Source: a virus. Taken from it: a DNA stretch of 19,147 bases. The DNA is taken from positions 1 to 19,147 of IMG/VR virus record IMGVR_UViG_3300045988_000798; one strand, 5' to 3'. This document shows positions 1 through 8,043 of the stretch, piece after piece. The number at the start of each line of letters is the position of its first letter. Position 1 is the stretch's first letter. Position numbers and translations under genes: made by a program. Below the pieces are notes generated by a model. The model made no database searches. It was given only the letters and a program-made list of their open reading frames with translations, and was not told the origin of the DNA.

Positions 1-2
1 AA

Positions 3-332
3 AGCGAAATTTCTGTAAAGACACTCTTTTTCGAACGGACAAATTGCTACAATTTCAACGATATCGTATTAATGCAATCAACAGAATTAACCGACAAGAA
101 TGACAAAGAAATCTTTGAAGGGGATGTCGTGACTGATGGATACACAACAGGCGACATCAAAAACCATCCCACACTAGGATTTTATATGGTTGACGACAAT
201 GGCACGGAAAGATGGTTTAGCGATAATGCAACTATCGAAGATTTTGAGGAAGACGTCGAAACAGCACATAAAATTCTCGAAATCATCGGAAACATCTACA
301 AAAATCCGGAACTGGTAGAGGTGAGCTCATGA
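3..332 (+). CDS. YopX-domain phage protein, 5' end cut by the window edge
   Basis: The frame of the listed 72..332 ORF stays open back to nt 3 (SEISVKTLFFERTNCYNFNDIVL then MQSTELTDKNDKEIFEGDVV...). The DKNxKEIFEGD motif and the C-terminal GNIYKNPELVE motif are typical of the YopX family. Its stop overlaps the next start as ATGA at 329-332. Confidence 0.7.
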   Translation, partial: SEISVKTLFFERTNCYNFNDIVLMQSTELTDKNDKEIFEGDVVTDGYTTGDIKNHPTLGFYMVDDNGTERWFSDNATIEDFEEDVETAHKILEIIGNIYKNPELVEVSS

Positions 333-1039
333 GCGTGAAATACAAATATTCCGGGCTGACAGAGGAATTATATCAACGGTTAGTCAGTGAGCATGCGGAA
401 CTGAGAGAGACGCACAAAAAAGGCTCCTATAAACAGTATTTTCAAGATGTCAGACAGTGCAGCGAAGTACAAGCCCGCATCATTTACCAAGCATTTAATA
501 GTGCGGTGGTGGAACGTGCGAGGATATCGCCCCAAACTGTCGACCGCTTGGAAGGCATTATTTCTGATGAATTATTCGACGACCTTCAAGACTATCTGTC
601 TACTAATTACACAAGAGGTAAAACCACGCGCCCAGTGTTGGATAAAGCCAATGCAGGACTGCCAGAAGATTTATTCAAGCGTTTCCGTGCAGAAGTTGAA
701 GTGCTTAGAAAGACTTATCCTAACAGTATTGTCAAGCATATTATGGACGTTAAAAGTTGTGACAAAAAAGCAGCTAACAAAACCCAAAACGCCCTCAATC
801 TGTGCTATGCGGAAAAAGCCGCCCTAACGCCGTTGAAGGCAATCCAAATGGAAGGGTTACTTTCAAGAGAGTTATTCGGCGAGATTATTGATTATGTCTT
901 CAATAACTATGAATGGAGTGAGAGATTGGACAATGAAGTTGACCGCATCACGCTCGAATATCGTAATAAAGGCAAGGTAGGCCGTGAGAAAACATCAGTC
1001 AGAAAAGCCTTATATACAGCCTATGCACTAGGCGTGTAG
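329..1039 (+). CDS. Hypothetical phage protein with two tandem ~85-aa homologous domains
   Basis: A GAGGTGA ribosome-binding site precedes the ATG. Residues G9-Y94 and G110-Y194 align by eye: GLxExLxxR...LRxT...C...EG(I/L)(I/L)SxELFxxxxDYxxxNY. I recognise no family. Confidence 0.65.
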   Translation: MSVKYKYSGLTEELYQRLVSEHAELRETHKKGSYKQYFQDVRQCSEVQARIIYQAFNSAVVERARISPQTVDRLEGIISDELFDDLQDYLSTNYTRGKTTRPVLDKANAGLPEDLFKRFRAEVEVLRKTYPNSIVKHIMDVKSCDKKAANKTQNALNLCYAEKAALTPLKAIQMEGLLSRELFGEIIDYVFNNYEWSERLDNEVDRITLEYRNKGKVGREKTSVRKALYTAYALGV

Positions 1040-1084
1040 CTAGAACGGTTTACGAGGGTTCGACTCCCTTGCTAGCTATTACCA
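1037..1084 (+). ncRNA. tRNA-like minihelix 1 (acceptor stem plus T-arm, no D or anticodon arm)
   Basis: TAGCTAG (1037-1043) pairs with CTAGCTA (1072-1078). The T-stem is GAGGG (1054-1058) with CCCTT (1066-1070) around the 7-nt loop TTCGACT, giving the tRNA B-box GGTTCGACTCC. A 10-nt GG-containing linker AACGGTTTAC takes the place of the D and anticodon arms. The 5' strand begins on the TAG stop of the upstream CDS, and TTACCA follows the 3' strand. Confidence 0.4.
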
Positions 1085-1103
1085 GTCAATACATATTAGA
1101 AAA

Positions 1104-1250
1104 GAGGAATCCTTTTTATTTTTTTCATTCAAATCGCTGAAGCGTGGACTGGTCGTGGATGCACCAAAATCCAGTAAATAATAAGTTATAGAATCGAGGA
1201 ATCCTTTTTTATTTCATTCACAAATCTAAAGCGTCTTACTGGTGACGTGA
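1104..1250 (+). repeat. Two ~55-nt direct repeats spaced 92 nt apart (1104-1158 and 1196-1250)
   Basis: GAGGAATCCTTTTTATTTTTTTCATTCAAATCGCTGAAGCGTGGACTGGTCGTGG versus GAGGAATCCTTTTTTATTTCATTCACAAATCTAAAGCGTCTTACTGGTGACGTG. Each starts with a weak AT-rich hairpin plus a T-tract and ends in an ACTGG motif, which is also the 5' acceptor strand of minihelix 2. Confidence 0.6.
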
Positions 1251-1366
1251 TTATTCAAGGTTTAATGCCTGCAATGCGAAACTGAAATCTCCATAATTCT
1301 ACTTACTTTATTCTTGTATTATTTCAAAAAAAGGAGGAAAACCTCCAAAATGATTTCTATATCGCA

Positions 1367-1410
1367 GACTGGAATGGTTGTATAAGGGGTTCGATTCCTC
1401 TTGCCAGTCA
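1367..1410 (+). ncRNA. tRNA-like minihelix 2, homologous to element 1
   Basis: GACTGG (1367-1372) pairs with CCAGTC (1404-1409). The T-stem is AGGGG (1385-1389) with CCTCT (1397-1401) around the loop TTCGATT, giving the B-box GGTTCGATTCC. The linker AATGGTTGTATA resembles the linker of element 1. The 3' flank TTGCCAGTCA resembles TTACCAGTCA after element 1. Confidence 0.4.
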
Positions 1411-1753
1411 TTGTCTGTCAAACACTAACTTTTAGTGGCTTGAACACTTTTTCAACACCGGACAAGCTGACAGACCTTGTCCAAACAAAACCCAGCAAAT
1501 TTAAGAAAAAAGGATGTGAAACACCCTCTTTCTTATTGATATCGCATTACAAAATAAAAGCCAAAGACCTTGCTGGTGTCGACGGCTAGAAATGAGGTGA
1601 TAAAAGGCTTGAGAAACACCCCAAGAATAAATACGTATTCTATCTTTTCAATAAAATCTCTTAACGTTTCTTGGGCCAAAATAAAAAAGACCGACACGAT
1701 GGCCGGCACTCTTTGAAAATCAACACTACTATTATACCAGAGAGGGCAGAACA

Positions 1754-2170
1754 ATGCTATTGCCGGAAATTGATGAAAAAGCAACAATCAAACGTTGCAA
1801 GCGCAAACTTCGAGAATATCCACGCTGGCGAGAGATTGCACACGATAGCGCTGAACAAAAGATTACACAAGAGTTTACCTTCATGCCAAGAGGCGGTAGT
1901 GGAGTAAGTAGACCGGTGGAGAATATCGCAGTTAGGCGTGTCGACGCAATGAACGAGTTAGAAGCCATAGAGCAAGCAGTTAGCGGGCTATACCGTCCAG
2001 ATTATCGCAGAATCTTGATAGAGAAATATCTAGCTTATCCACCTAAACCAAACTGGCAAATTGCCCAAGCAATCGGCTTCGAGAGAACGGCGTTTCAAGA
2101 GTTGCTAAATAATGCTATCCTAGCATTTGCAGAATTGTACAGAAATGGTCAATTAGTCGTAGAACGTTGA
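1754..2170 (+). CDS. arpU: ArpU-family phage late transcriptional regulator
   Basis: 138 aa with GAGGG 7 nt upstream of the ATG. The sequence (IDEKATIKRCKRKLREYPRWREIA...RPVENIAVRR...YRRILIEKYL...IAQAIGFERTAFQELLNNAI) and its position directly upstream of the terminase genes match ArpU/sigma-region-4-like late regulators of Gram-positive phages. Confidence 0.8.
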   Translation: MLLPEIDEKATIKRCKRKLREYPRWREIAHDSAEQKITQEFTFMPRGGSGVSRPVENIAVRRVDAMNELEAIEQAVSGLYRPDYRRILIEKYLAYPPKPNWQIAQAIGFERTAFQELLNNAILAFAELYRNGQLVVER

Positions 2171-2220
2171 GATTTCGGTATTTTGACGGATAAAGCACGG
2201 TATCTTACAAGTGTTTAAAG

Positions 2221-2229
2221 TGGTATTAT
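2221..2229 (+). promoter_or_regulatory. Candidate extended -10 promoter element (TGgTATTAT)
   Basis: TGGTATTAT matches the extended -10 consensus TGnTATAAT in 8 of 9 positions. There is no good -35 at 17-nt spacing. It lies between arpU and terS, where late promoters usually sit. Confidence 0.3.
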
Positions 2230-2249
2230 TATATTATCGAAGAAAAACG

Positions 2250-2280
2250 GAGACAACTCATTTTGTGGGTTGTCTTTTTC
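2250..2280 (+). terminator. Rho-independent terminator-like hairpin between arpU and terS
   Basis: The stem AGACAACTCA (2251-2260) pairs with TGGGTTGTCT (2266-2275), 10 bp including one G.U, with loop TTTTG. TTTTT follows at 2276-2280. Confidence 0.6.
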
Positions 2281-2298
2281 AGTATCGGAAAGGAGTTG

Positions 2299-2742
2299 AT
2301 GGAAAATGGGATGACCGAGAAACAAATGAAGTTTGCCGATGAGTACATCATCAGCCTAAATGCTTCGCAAGCGTATAAAAAGGCTTATCCTAATATTAAG
2401 AACAACGATGTTGCAAAGGCTAATGGAAGTAGACTGCTTGCAAAGGCTAACATCAAGGCTTATATAGACGAGCAACTTGAAAAGTTGAAGTCAGAACGTG
2501 TTGCGGATCAACAAGAGGTCATGGAATTTCTCACAGCCGTAATGCGTGGCGAGGTTGAAGAACCTCTGCTTGTCCTCGATGGTGAGGGTATGCAACGTAT
2601 TGCTCAAGCCAAACCAAACGTCGCTACACGTCGCGCTGCGGCAGTTGATATCGGAAAACGTTATAGAATGTGGACGGACAAGGTCGAAGCTGATGTAACG
2701 CAAGATATCAATATTAATGTCGGTGAATGGAATGACGATTAA
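2299..2742 (+). CDS. terS: Terminase small subunit (Terminase_2 type)
   Basis: MTEKQMKFADEYIISLNASQAYKKAYPNIKNNDVAKANGSRLLAKANIKAYI is the typical N-terminal HTH region of this family. The start is uncertain, either ATG 2299 or ATG 2311, with AGGAG at 2291-2295. The TTG at 2263 listed in the track lies inside the upstream hairpin and is unlikely. Confidence 0.85.
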   Translation: MENGMTEKQMKFADEYIISLNASQAYKKAYPNIKNNDVAKANGSRLLAKANIKAYIDEQLEKLKSERVADQQEVMEFLTAVMRGEVEEPLLVLDGEGMQRIAQAKPNVATRRAAAVDIGKRYRMWTDKVEADVTQDININVGEWNDD

Positions 2743-3997
2743 TCTTGATATCAACCCAAGTAGGGTGTTTAATCGGCATATCTATGAGCATTTGTTTGAT
2801 TATGACACGTTCACCGAGGTTCATTATGGCGGAGCATCAAGCGGTAAGAGTCATGGGGTTTTTCAGAAGATAGTCCTCAAAGCTCTTAAAAAGTGGGACA
2901 AGCCCCGCAAAATATTGATATTGCGAAAAGTAGGCTCTACGGTTCGTGACTCGGTATTTGCGGACGTGCAAGCAGCGTTGTCTTATTTCGGTGTGCTTAA
3001 TCTATGCAAGGTTAACATGAGCGCATTCCGAATCGAATTGCCAAACGGCGCTGAGCTGATTTTTAAAGGGATGGATAACCCAGAGAAGATTAAGTCTATC
3101 AAAGGTATTTCGGACGTGGTTATGGAAGAAGCGTCAGAATTTACGCTCGATGATTACACGCAGTTGACACTTCGTTTGAGGGATAAAGCTCACAAACAGA
3201 AACAAATCTATTTGATGTTTAACCCTGTTTCTAAAGCTAATTGGGTATATAATGCGTTCTTTGTGAAGAACCCTAAGAATACAGTGGTTTACCAAACAAC
3301 GTATAAGGATAATCGGTTCCTGGACGACTTGACTAAGGAGAATATCGAGGAGCTGGCAAACCGGAATGAAGCCTATTACAAAATCTATGCTCTGGGGGAA
3401 TTTGCAACACTCGACAAACTAGTTTTTCCGAAGTACGAAAAAAGATTGCTTAACAAGGACGAGCTTAAACAGTTGCCGTCCTTTTTTGGTCTGGACTTTG
3501 GGTTTACTAACGACCCTACGGCGTTTATGCATGTCAAAATAGACCGAGAGAACAAGCGGCTATATATCTTGGAGGAATACGTCAAGAAGGGGTTGCTTAA
3601 CAACCAAATAGCAGAAGCTATAACTAGCCTTGGCTATTCAAAAGAGGTGATTATGGCTGACTCAGCGGAGCAGAAGTCTATTGCTGAACTGCAAACACTA
3701 GGCTTGCGTCGGGCTATTCCAGTAGATAAGGGTAAAGGTTCGGTATTACAAGGGATTCAGTTCTTGCAGCAATTCGACATCATTGTCGACGAAAGGTGCG
3801 TCAAGACGATTGAGGAGCTTGAGAACTATACATGGCAGAAAGATAAACATACAAACGAGTACATCAACAAGCCGTGTGATAGTTACAACCACTGCATTGA
3901 CGCGATTAGATACGCACTGCAAAATCTTATCTTCGTCAAGGATAGACCGGACGTAGACGCTAAAATTAGACGGGTTAACAAACTGATAAGGAGATAG
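2717..3997 (+). CDS. terL: Terminase large subunit (PBSX/Terminase_3 type)
   Basis: 426 aa with a Walker A-like YGGASSGKSH motif and a C-terminal nuclease-like region (MADSAEQKSI...YNHCIDAIRY). It overlaps the end of terS. An alternative start is ATG 2732. Confidence 0.9.
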   Translation: MSVNGMTINLDINPSRVFNRHIYEHLFDYDTFTEVHYGGASSGKSHGVFQKIVLKALKKWDKPRKILILRKVGSTVRDSVFADVQAALSYFGVLNLCKVNMSAFRIELPNGAELIFKGMDNPEKIKSIKGISDVVMEEASEFTLDDYTQLTLRLRDKAHKQKQIYLMFNPVSKANWVYNAFFVKNPKNTVVYQTTYKDNRFLDDLTKENIEELANRNEAYYKIYALGEFATLDKLVFPKYEKRLLNKDELKQLPSFFGLDFGFTNDPTAFMHVKIDRENKRLYILEEYVKKGLLNNQIAEAITSLGYSKEVIMADSAEQKSIAELQTLGLRRAIPVDKGKGSVLQGIQFLQQFDIIVDERCVKTIEELENYTWQKDKHTNEYINKPCDSYNHCIDAIRYALQNLIFVKDRPDVDAKIRRVNKLIRR

Positions 3998-3998
3998 A

Positions 3999-5498
3999 AT
4001 GACGAATACAACACACAGTGCTGACGATATTCTGCATGAAGGGCAGTATATTCCTAGATCGTATCAATTCGAGCGAGACATGGAGCCGACTAGCTTACAG
4101 AAACGTGAAGATTTCCTTCGTTTTGCAAAAGAAGCTAACACGCACTTCATGGCTCAGTCAGCAGACGACCTAGTGGACACGTTCCAAGGACGTGAGAAGC
4201 TAGAGAAGATGGTAGCTCAGTTCCAAGATGAACAGATTGAGCGTTTGAACATCCTAGAGAGCTATTCAAACGGGAACAACTACACGATTCTAAATGGCCG
4301 TAAGCGATTGGAACCAGAGAAGGCTGATTACCGCATTAGGCACGACCTGGGCGGACAAGCTAGCCGTTTCTTTACCGGATATACAGTAGGTCAACCTATT
4401 TCAATCGGTGCTACTGACACTAACGGCGACTTGACAGCCATCGATGAATTCAACGCTTACAACGACATTGAAGCTCTTAATCGTGAGTTGGTTTATGACG
4501 CTTCACGCTTCGGACGAGCGTTTGAACTACACTATTATGATGAGTTTGGCAATCCCGCAGTGGTCTTGATTGACGCAAGGGAAATGTTCACTATTCGTAG
4601 CGCAGACGTTCGAAAGGATATCATCGCGGCTGTCCATTGTCCAGTGTATGACGGCGAGATGTTTGTCACAGTCTACACTGACAACAAGATTGTTAGTTAT
4701 GATCCAAACTGGCAGGAAATCGAACGCAAAGAGAACCCGTTCGGGATGGTGCCAGTGGTGGAGTGGCAGAATAACCGTGAGCGTTCGGGAGATTGGGAGA
4801 AAGGTATTCCAATCATTGACGCTTACGACGCAGCGGAATCTGACACGGCTAACTATATGTCAGACCTTAACGATGCCATGCTTGTTATCAAGGGAGACGT
4901 TGAAAGTACAGGGATGAATGCGTCTGACATTATGAAAATGAAACACGCTAACATGCTTGTTCTTGAAAGTGGTGTCGGTCACAACGGTCAACAAACGTCA
5001 CTAGACGCCGGCTATATCTATAAGCAATACGATGTCAGCGGTGTTGAAGCGTACAAATCACGTTTGATTAAAGACTTCTTCCGAATCGTTGGATTGCCTA
5101 ACTTGCAGGACGACTCGACATTCTCAGCTACGTCTGGGATTGCTATCCGCTACAAGCTGGTTGACTTGCAGCAAGTTACAGCCGTCAAACGTGGATTCTT
5201 TGTCAAGGCGCTCAGACGTCGCTATAAGCTACTTGAGTTACTGTCTAACAATCTCAAAGGTATCGAACCGGTGGATGCTGACATGTTGACATTCACGTTC
5301 CATGAGAACTTACCGACAGACGTATGGGCTGAGATTCAATCAGCTATCAATTCTGGAATGGAAATCTCACAAGAAACACTTATGGAATCAGCTAGCTTCA
5401 CTGATGCTCGAAAAGAAAAGAGCCGTTTGCTCAAAGAGGGCGGCGCTACTGATTTAGAAGTTAGTCAGATTGTAGGTACTGAGGATGATGACGAATAA
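3999..5498 (+). CDS. Portal protein (SPP1 gp6-like)
   Basis: 499 aa, immediately after terL, with an AAGGAG ribosome-binding site. Its size, acidic C-terminus and position are typical of SPP1-type portals. Confidence 0.85.
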   Translation: MTNTTHSADDILHEGQYIPRSYQFERDMEPTSLQKREDFLRFAKEANTHFMAQSADDLVDTFQGREKLEKMVAQFQDEQIERLNILESYSNGNNYTILNGRKRLEPEKADYRIRHDLGGQASRFFTGYTVGQPISIGATDTNGDLTAIDEFNAYNDIEALNRELVYDASRFGRAFELHYYDEFGNPAVVLIDAREMFTIRSADVRKDIIAAVHCPVYDGEMFVTVYTDNKIVSYDPNWQEIERKENPFGMVPVVEWQNNRERSGDWEKGIPIIDAYDAAESDTANYMSDLNDAMLVIKGDVESTGMNASDIMKMKHANMLVLESGVGHNGQQTSLDAGYIYKQYDVSGVEAYKSRLIKDFFRIVGLPNLQDDSTFSATSGIAIRYKLVDLQQVTAVKRGFFVKALRRRYKLLELLSNNLKGIEPVDADMLTFTFHENLPTDVWAEIQSAINSGMEISQETLMESASFTDARKEKSRLLKEGGATDLEVSQIVGTEDDDE

Positions 5499-6441
5499 TG
5501 AACGCTACAATGCCGAGCGAAAAGCACAATCAGACCTAATCAAGCGTGACATAGGGCGTGACAAAGTCTTAAAAGAGCTTTATCAAACGTCTTATAACCG
5601 CATGCAGAGCCAAATAAACGGGTTTTACATGCGCTATGCCGACAAGGAAGGGCTGAGTCGTGCCGAAGCTATGAAGCGAGCTAGTGAGTTCGATGTCACT
5701 GAGTATAAGGACCGAGCTAGAAAAGCAGTAGTCGAGAAAGATTTTTCACACGGCACAAATCAATGGCTAAGACTGTTTAACTTGAAAATGAAAGTCAGTC
5801 GTTTGGAACTACTCAAAGCAGAATTAAGACTTGAGATAGCTAGTCTTATATCAGACGTTAACGAAGTCTTTGACGAAGCTCGTGAGAATGAATACTTAGC
5901 TGAGTTTAAGCGTCAAGCGGGGATCTTGGGCAATTCTGCCGTCAATGCAGTAAGTCGCATGAGAGCGATTTTAGACGCTGATTTCTACGGTCAGAATTTT
6001 AGTCGCAGAGTTTGGGGCAGAAATGGACTTCATGCAAGTATGCAGAAGGATGTGTTTAGCTCGTTAGCACGCATCTTCACCGATATGGACGGTTTTAAGC
6101 AGGAGCGGCAACGATTAGCTAAGAAATATAACACAAGCCAGTCCAACGCCCAACGACTACTCAAGACCGAAATAGCTCGCATTAATGCTGATACAGAGTT
6201 GATGATGTTGAAAGAAAACAACTTCACACATCTAATCTATGTTGCAGAAAGTGGGGCTTGCGATATTTGTAAGCCCTTGGACAAAAAAGCTATACCGATC
6301 AACAAGGCAGAAAAGGGGGTCAACATGTACCCAATGCACCCTAACTGTCGCTGTTCAGCGTATGGACATATCAAAATGGAATATAAAGCTGGCGGCAGCA
6401 CTCTTGATGAAGAAGCTGTTAACGGCGTTTGGGGTGAATAA
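5485..6441 (+). CDS. Minor head protein (SPP1 gp7 / Mu F-like)
   Basis: 318 aa directly after the portal gene. It carries the family-typical motifs NFSRRVWG and C-terminal CDICKPL...MHPNCRCS. Confidence 0.85.
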   Translation: MMTNNERYNAERKAQSDLIKRDIGRDKVLKELYQTSYNRMQSQINGFYMRYADKEGLSRAEAMKRASEFDVTEYKDRARKAVVEKDFSHGTNQWLRLFNLKMKVSRLELLKAELRLEIASLISDVNEVFDEARENEYLAEFKRQAGILGNSAVNAVSRMRAILDADFYGQNFSRRVWGRNGLHASMQKDVFSSLARIFTDMDGFKQERQRLAKKYNTSQSNAQRLLKTEIARINADTELMMLKENNFTHLIYVAESGACDICKPLDKKAIPINKAEKGVNMYPMHPNCRCSAYGHIKMEYKAGGSTLDEEAVNGVWGE

Positions 6442-6527
6442 CCCCTTGTCCAGACCGTGCTGAGGACATTAAAAGCTGCATGAGTTCGTCGAGGTTGGAC
6501 GTTAAAGCGTAAAGAAAGGAGCCTATC

Positions 6528-7079
6528 ATGGCAGAAAAAGAACTTGAAACAGTTGAGAATCCTCAAGAGGTTGAAGCTAGCCAACCAGGAAAAGAGGAGA
6601 AGATGGTGTCAGTCGCTGAAATGCAGCGTAGACTCAAGCAGATGGAAGAAAAACATACTCTTGAAATTGCTGATATGCAAACCGGTATTCAATCTCAAAT
6701 CGAGGAAGCCGTTGCTAAAGCTAAAATGAGCGAAGAAGAACTTCAAGAGCTACAACAGAAACAGCGGGATAAAGAATTCGAAGAAGCCCAGAGCACAATC
6801 GCAGCACTTCAAGCTCAAATCGCTCAACGTCAAATGCAAGATATCGCTATTAAAGAGCTCGAAGCTCAAGGCGTTCCCGTTAATGAGTCAACGCTTGCAT
6901 TCGTTGTAAAAGGCGACGAAGAAGCTACCAAGTTAGCTGTTTCAAACATGGCTAACATCCTAAACTTGCAGAAACGAGAAGAAGCAAAAGCTCTCCCACC
7001 TCGCACTAGTGGCGGAGAGGAAGGGCGTTCACATCGTGGAAAAGACAAGTTTGACAAAGCCAAAATCACTAATTTCTAA
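6528..7079 (+). CDS. Scaffolding protein
   Basis: 183 aa, rich in E/K/Q/A and predicted coiled-coil. It lies just upstream of the capsid gene and has an AAAGGAG ribosome-binding site. Confidence 0.75.
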   Translation: MAEKELETVENPQEVEASQPGKEEKMVSVAEMQRRLKQMEEKHTLEIADMQTGIQSQIEEAVAKAKMSEEELQELQQKQRDKEFEEAQSTIAALQAQIAQRQMQDIAIKELEAQGVPVNESTLAFVVKGDEEATKLAVSNMANILNLQKREEAKALPPRTSGGEEGRSHRGKDKFDKAKITNF

Positions 7080-7097
7080 TTTAAGAAAGGAGAGCGC

Positions 7098-8030
7098 ATG
7101 GCTCAACAAAAATTTAATCCAGACACAGTTCTATTGTCTGATTCTCTTGGGAAAGAGATTACGTCAGAACAAATCACTGATCTTTTCACCGACGAACTCG
7201 TTAAAACTTCAAAAGTTATTCAGCTTGGCCAAAAAGTTGAAATGGACGGCAAAATGGTCCGCAAAGGTGTTGAAGTTGGTCAATTGACAGACGCTTACTT
7301 TGTGGGTGAAGGTCAAAAAATTGGTACTGCAAAAGTACAAACTAAATCTTACGTTCTTGAATCTCGCAAATTGGCAGTTATCTTGCCGGTAACAGAAGAA
7401 GTCCTTAACTACACTTGGACTGATTTCTTCGAATCAATCAAGGATAAGATCGTTGACTTGTTCAACAAAAAAATCGACGGAGCAGCATTCCTTGGTTTGT
7501 ACAACAACCCATTCGGTGCCAACGTCTTGGCGTCTGCTAAACGTGCTCAAAACATCGTATCTGGGGACATCAACCTTAATAACATCTACGATGTTGAGGA
7601 TAAATCAGAAAAAGAACCTAACGCATTCGTAGGTCACCGCACTATCAACCGCACACTTCGTGGAATCGTCGACAATGTGAACGGCGGTCAACACATCTTC
7701 ACTAAACCAGCTAACCCTAACGCAATCGGTGAGCTTGATGGCCTTCCATATTCTCAACTTCAATTGCAAGATGGGCAAACTTACCCAGCAGGTACATTGA
7801 TCACTGGTAACTTCAATGGTTTGGTTTACGGTATTCCAAACGGCACTAACCTGCGTCTTAAAATCGCAGACCAAGCTACTTTGTCTAAAGTTCAAAATGA
7901 TGGCACACTTGATTCTGGTGACGTTCACTTGTTTGAACAAGACATGCAAGCACTTCGTGCAATCTTTGAAATTGCCGTAGCGATTCCAAACGACGAAGCA
8001 TTTGCAGCGATCCAACCAGTAGGAGTCTAG
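7098..8030 (+). CDS. Major capsid protein
   Basis: 310 aa with a strong AAAGGAG ribosome-binding site and biased, highly expressed-type codon use. It sits after the scaffold gene. Confidence 0.8.
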   Translation: MAQQKFNPDTVLLSDSLGKEITSEQITDLFTDELVKTSKVIQLGQKVEMDGKMVRKGVEVGQLTDAYFVGEGQKIGTAKVQTKSYVLESRKLAVILPVTEEVLNYTWTDFFESIKDKIVDLFNKKIDGAAFLGLYNNPFGANVLASAKRAQNIVSGDINLNNIYDVEDKSEKEPNAFVGHRTINRTLRGIVDNVNGGQHIFTKPANPNAIGELDGLPYSQLQLQDGQTYPAGTLITGNFNGLVYGIPNGTNLRLKIADQATLSKVQNDGTLDSGDVHLFEQDMQALRAIFEIAVAIPNDEAFAAIQPVGV

Positions 8031-8043
8031 TCAGGAGGTTTAA

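Noticed and set aside
447-827. 126-aa alternative-frame ORF inside 329..1039
   Set aside because: It lies entirely within a better-supported gene, has no ribosome-binding site, and has the composition of an out-of-frame artefact.
1100-1216. AAAAGAGGAATCCTTTTT-type hairpins as real terminators
   Set aside because: The stems are AT-rich. The first has 7 bp with only two G-C pairs and a 3-nt loop, and the second has only about 4 bp. They are better described as part of the direct repeat.
1350-1385. An 11-codon micro-ORF (MISISQTGMVV) downstream of AAGGAGG
   Set aside because: The Shine-Dalgarno-like sequence is one arm of a GGAGG-AAAA-CCTCC hairpin. The ORF is tiny and runs into tRNA-like element 2. 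There is nothing to support translation.
1037-1410. Calling the two T-arm-containing elements canonical tRNA genes, or attP-type tRNA 3' fragments
   Set aside because: Each is only about 43 nt from the 5' to the 3' acceptor strand and has no D-arm or anticodon arm, so neither is a functional canonical tRNA. Both carry a complementary 5' acceptor strand, which a simple 3'-fragment duplication from integration would not have. They are also far from any integrase or att context.
1401-1968. Track ORFs in the gap and across the arpU 5' end: 1401..1589 (+), 1533..1787 (-), 1671..1907 (+), 1732..1968 (-)
   Set aside because: 1401..1589 and 1533..1787 start on TTG, and I see no Shine-Dalgarno sequence ahead of any of them. 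They overlap one another or lie antisense or out of frame to arpU. The hydrophobic 84-aa minus-strand ORF is followed by a weak hairpin and T6 on the minus strand (about 1526 to 1505), but I found no credible start for it.
2263-2298. TTG 2263 as the terS start (MWVVFFSIGKEL...)
   Set aside because: This start lies inside the terminator-like hairpin 2251-2275. The conserved terS sequence begins at MTEKQ, and AGGAG at 2291-2295 serves the downstream ATGs.
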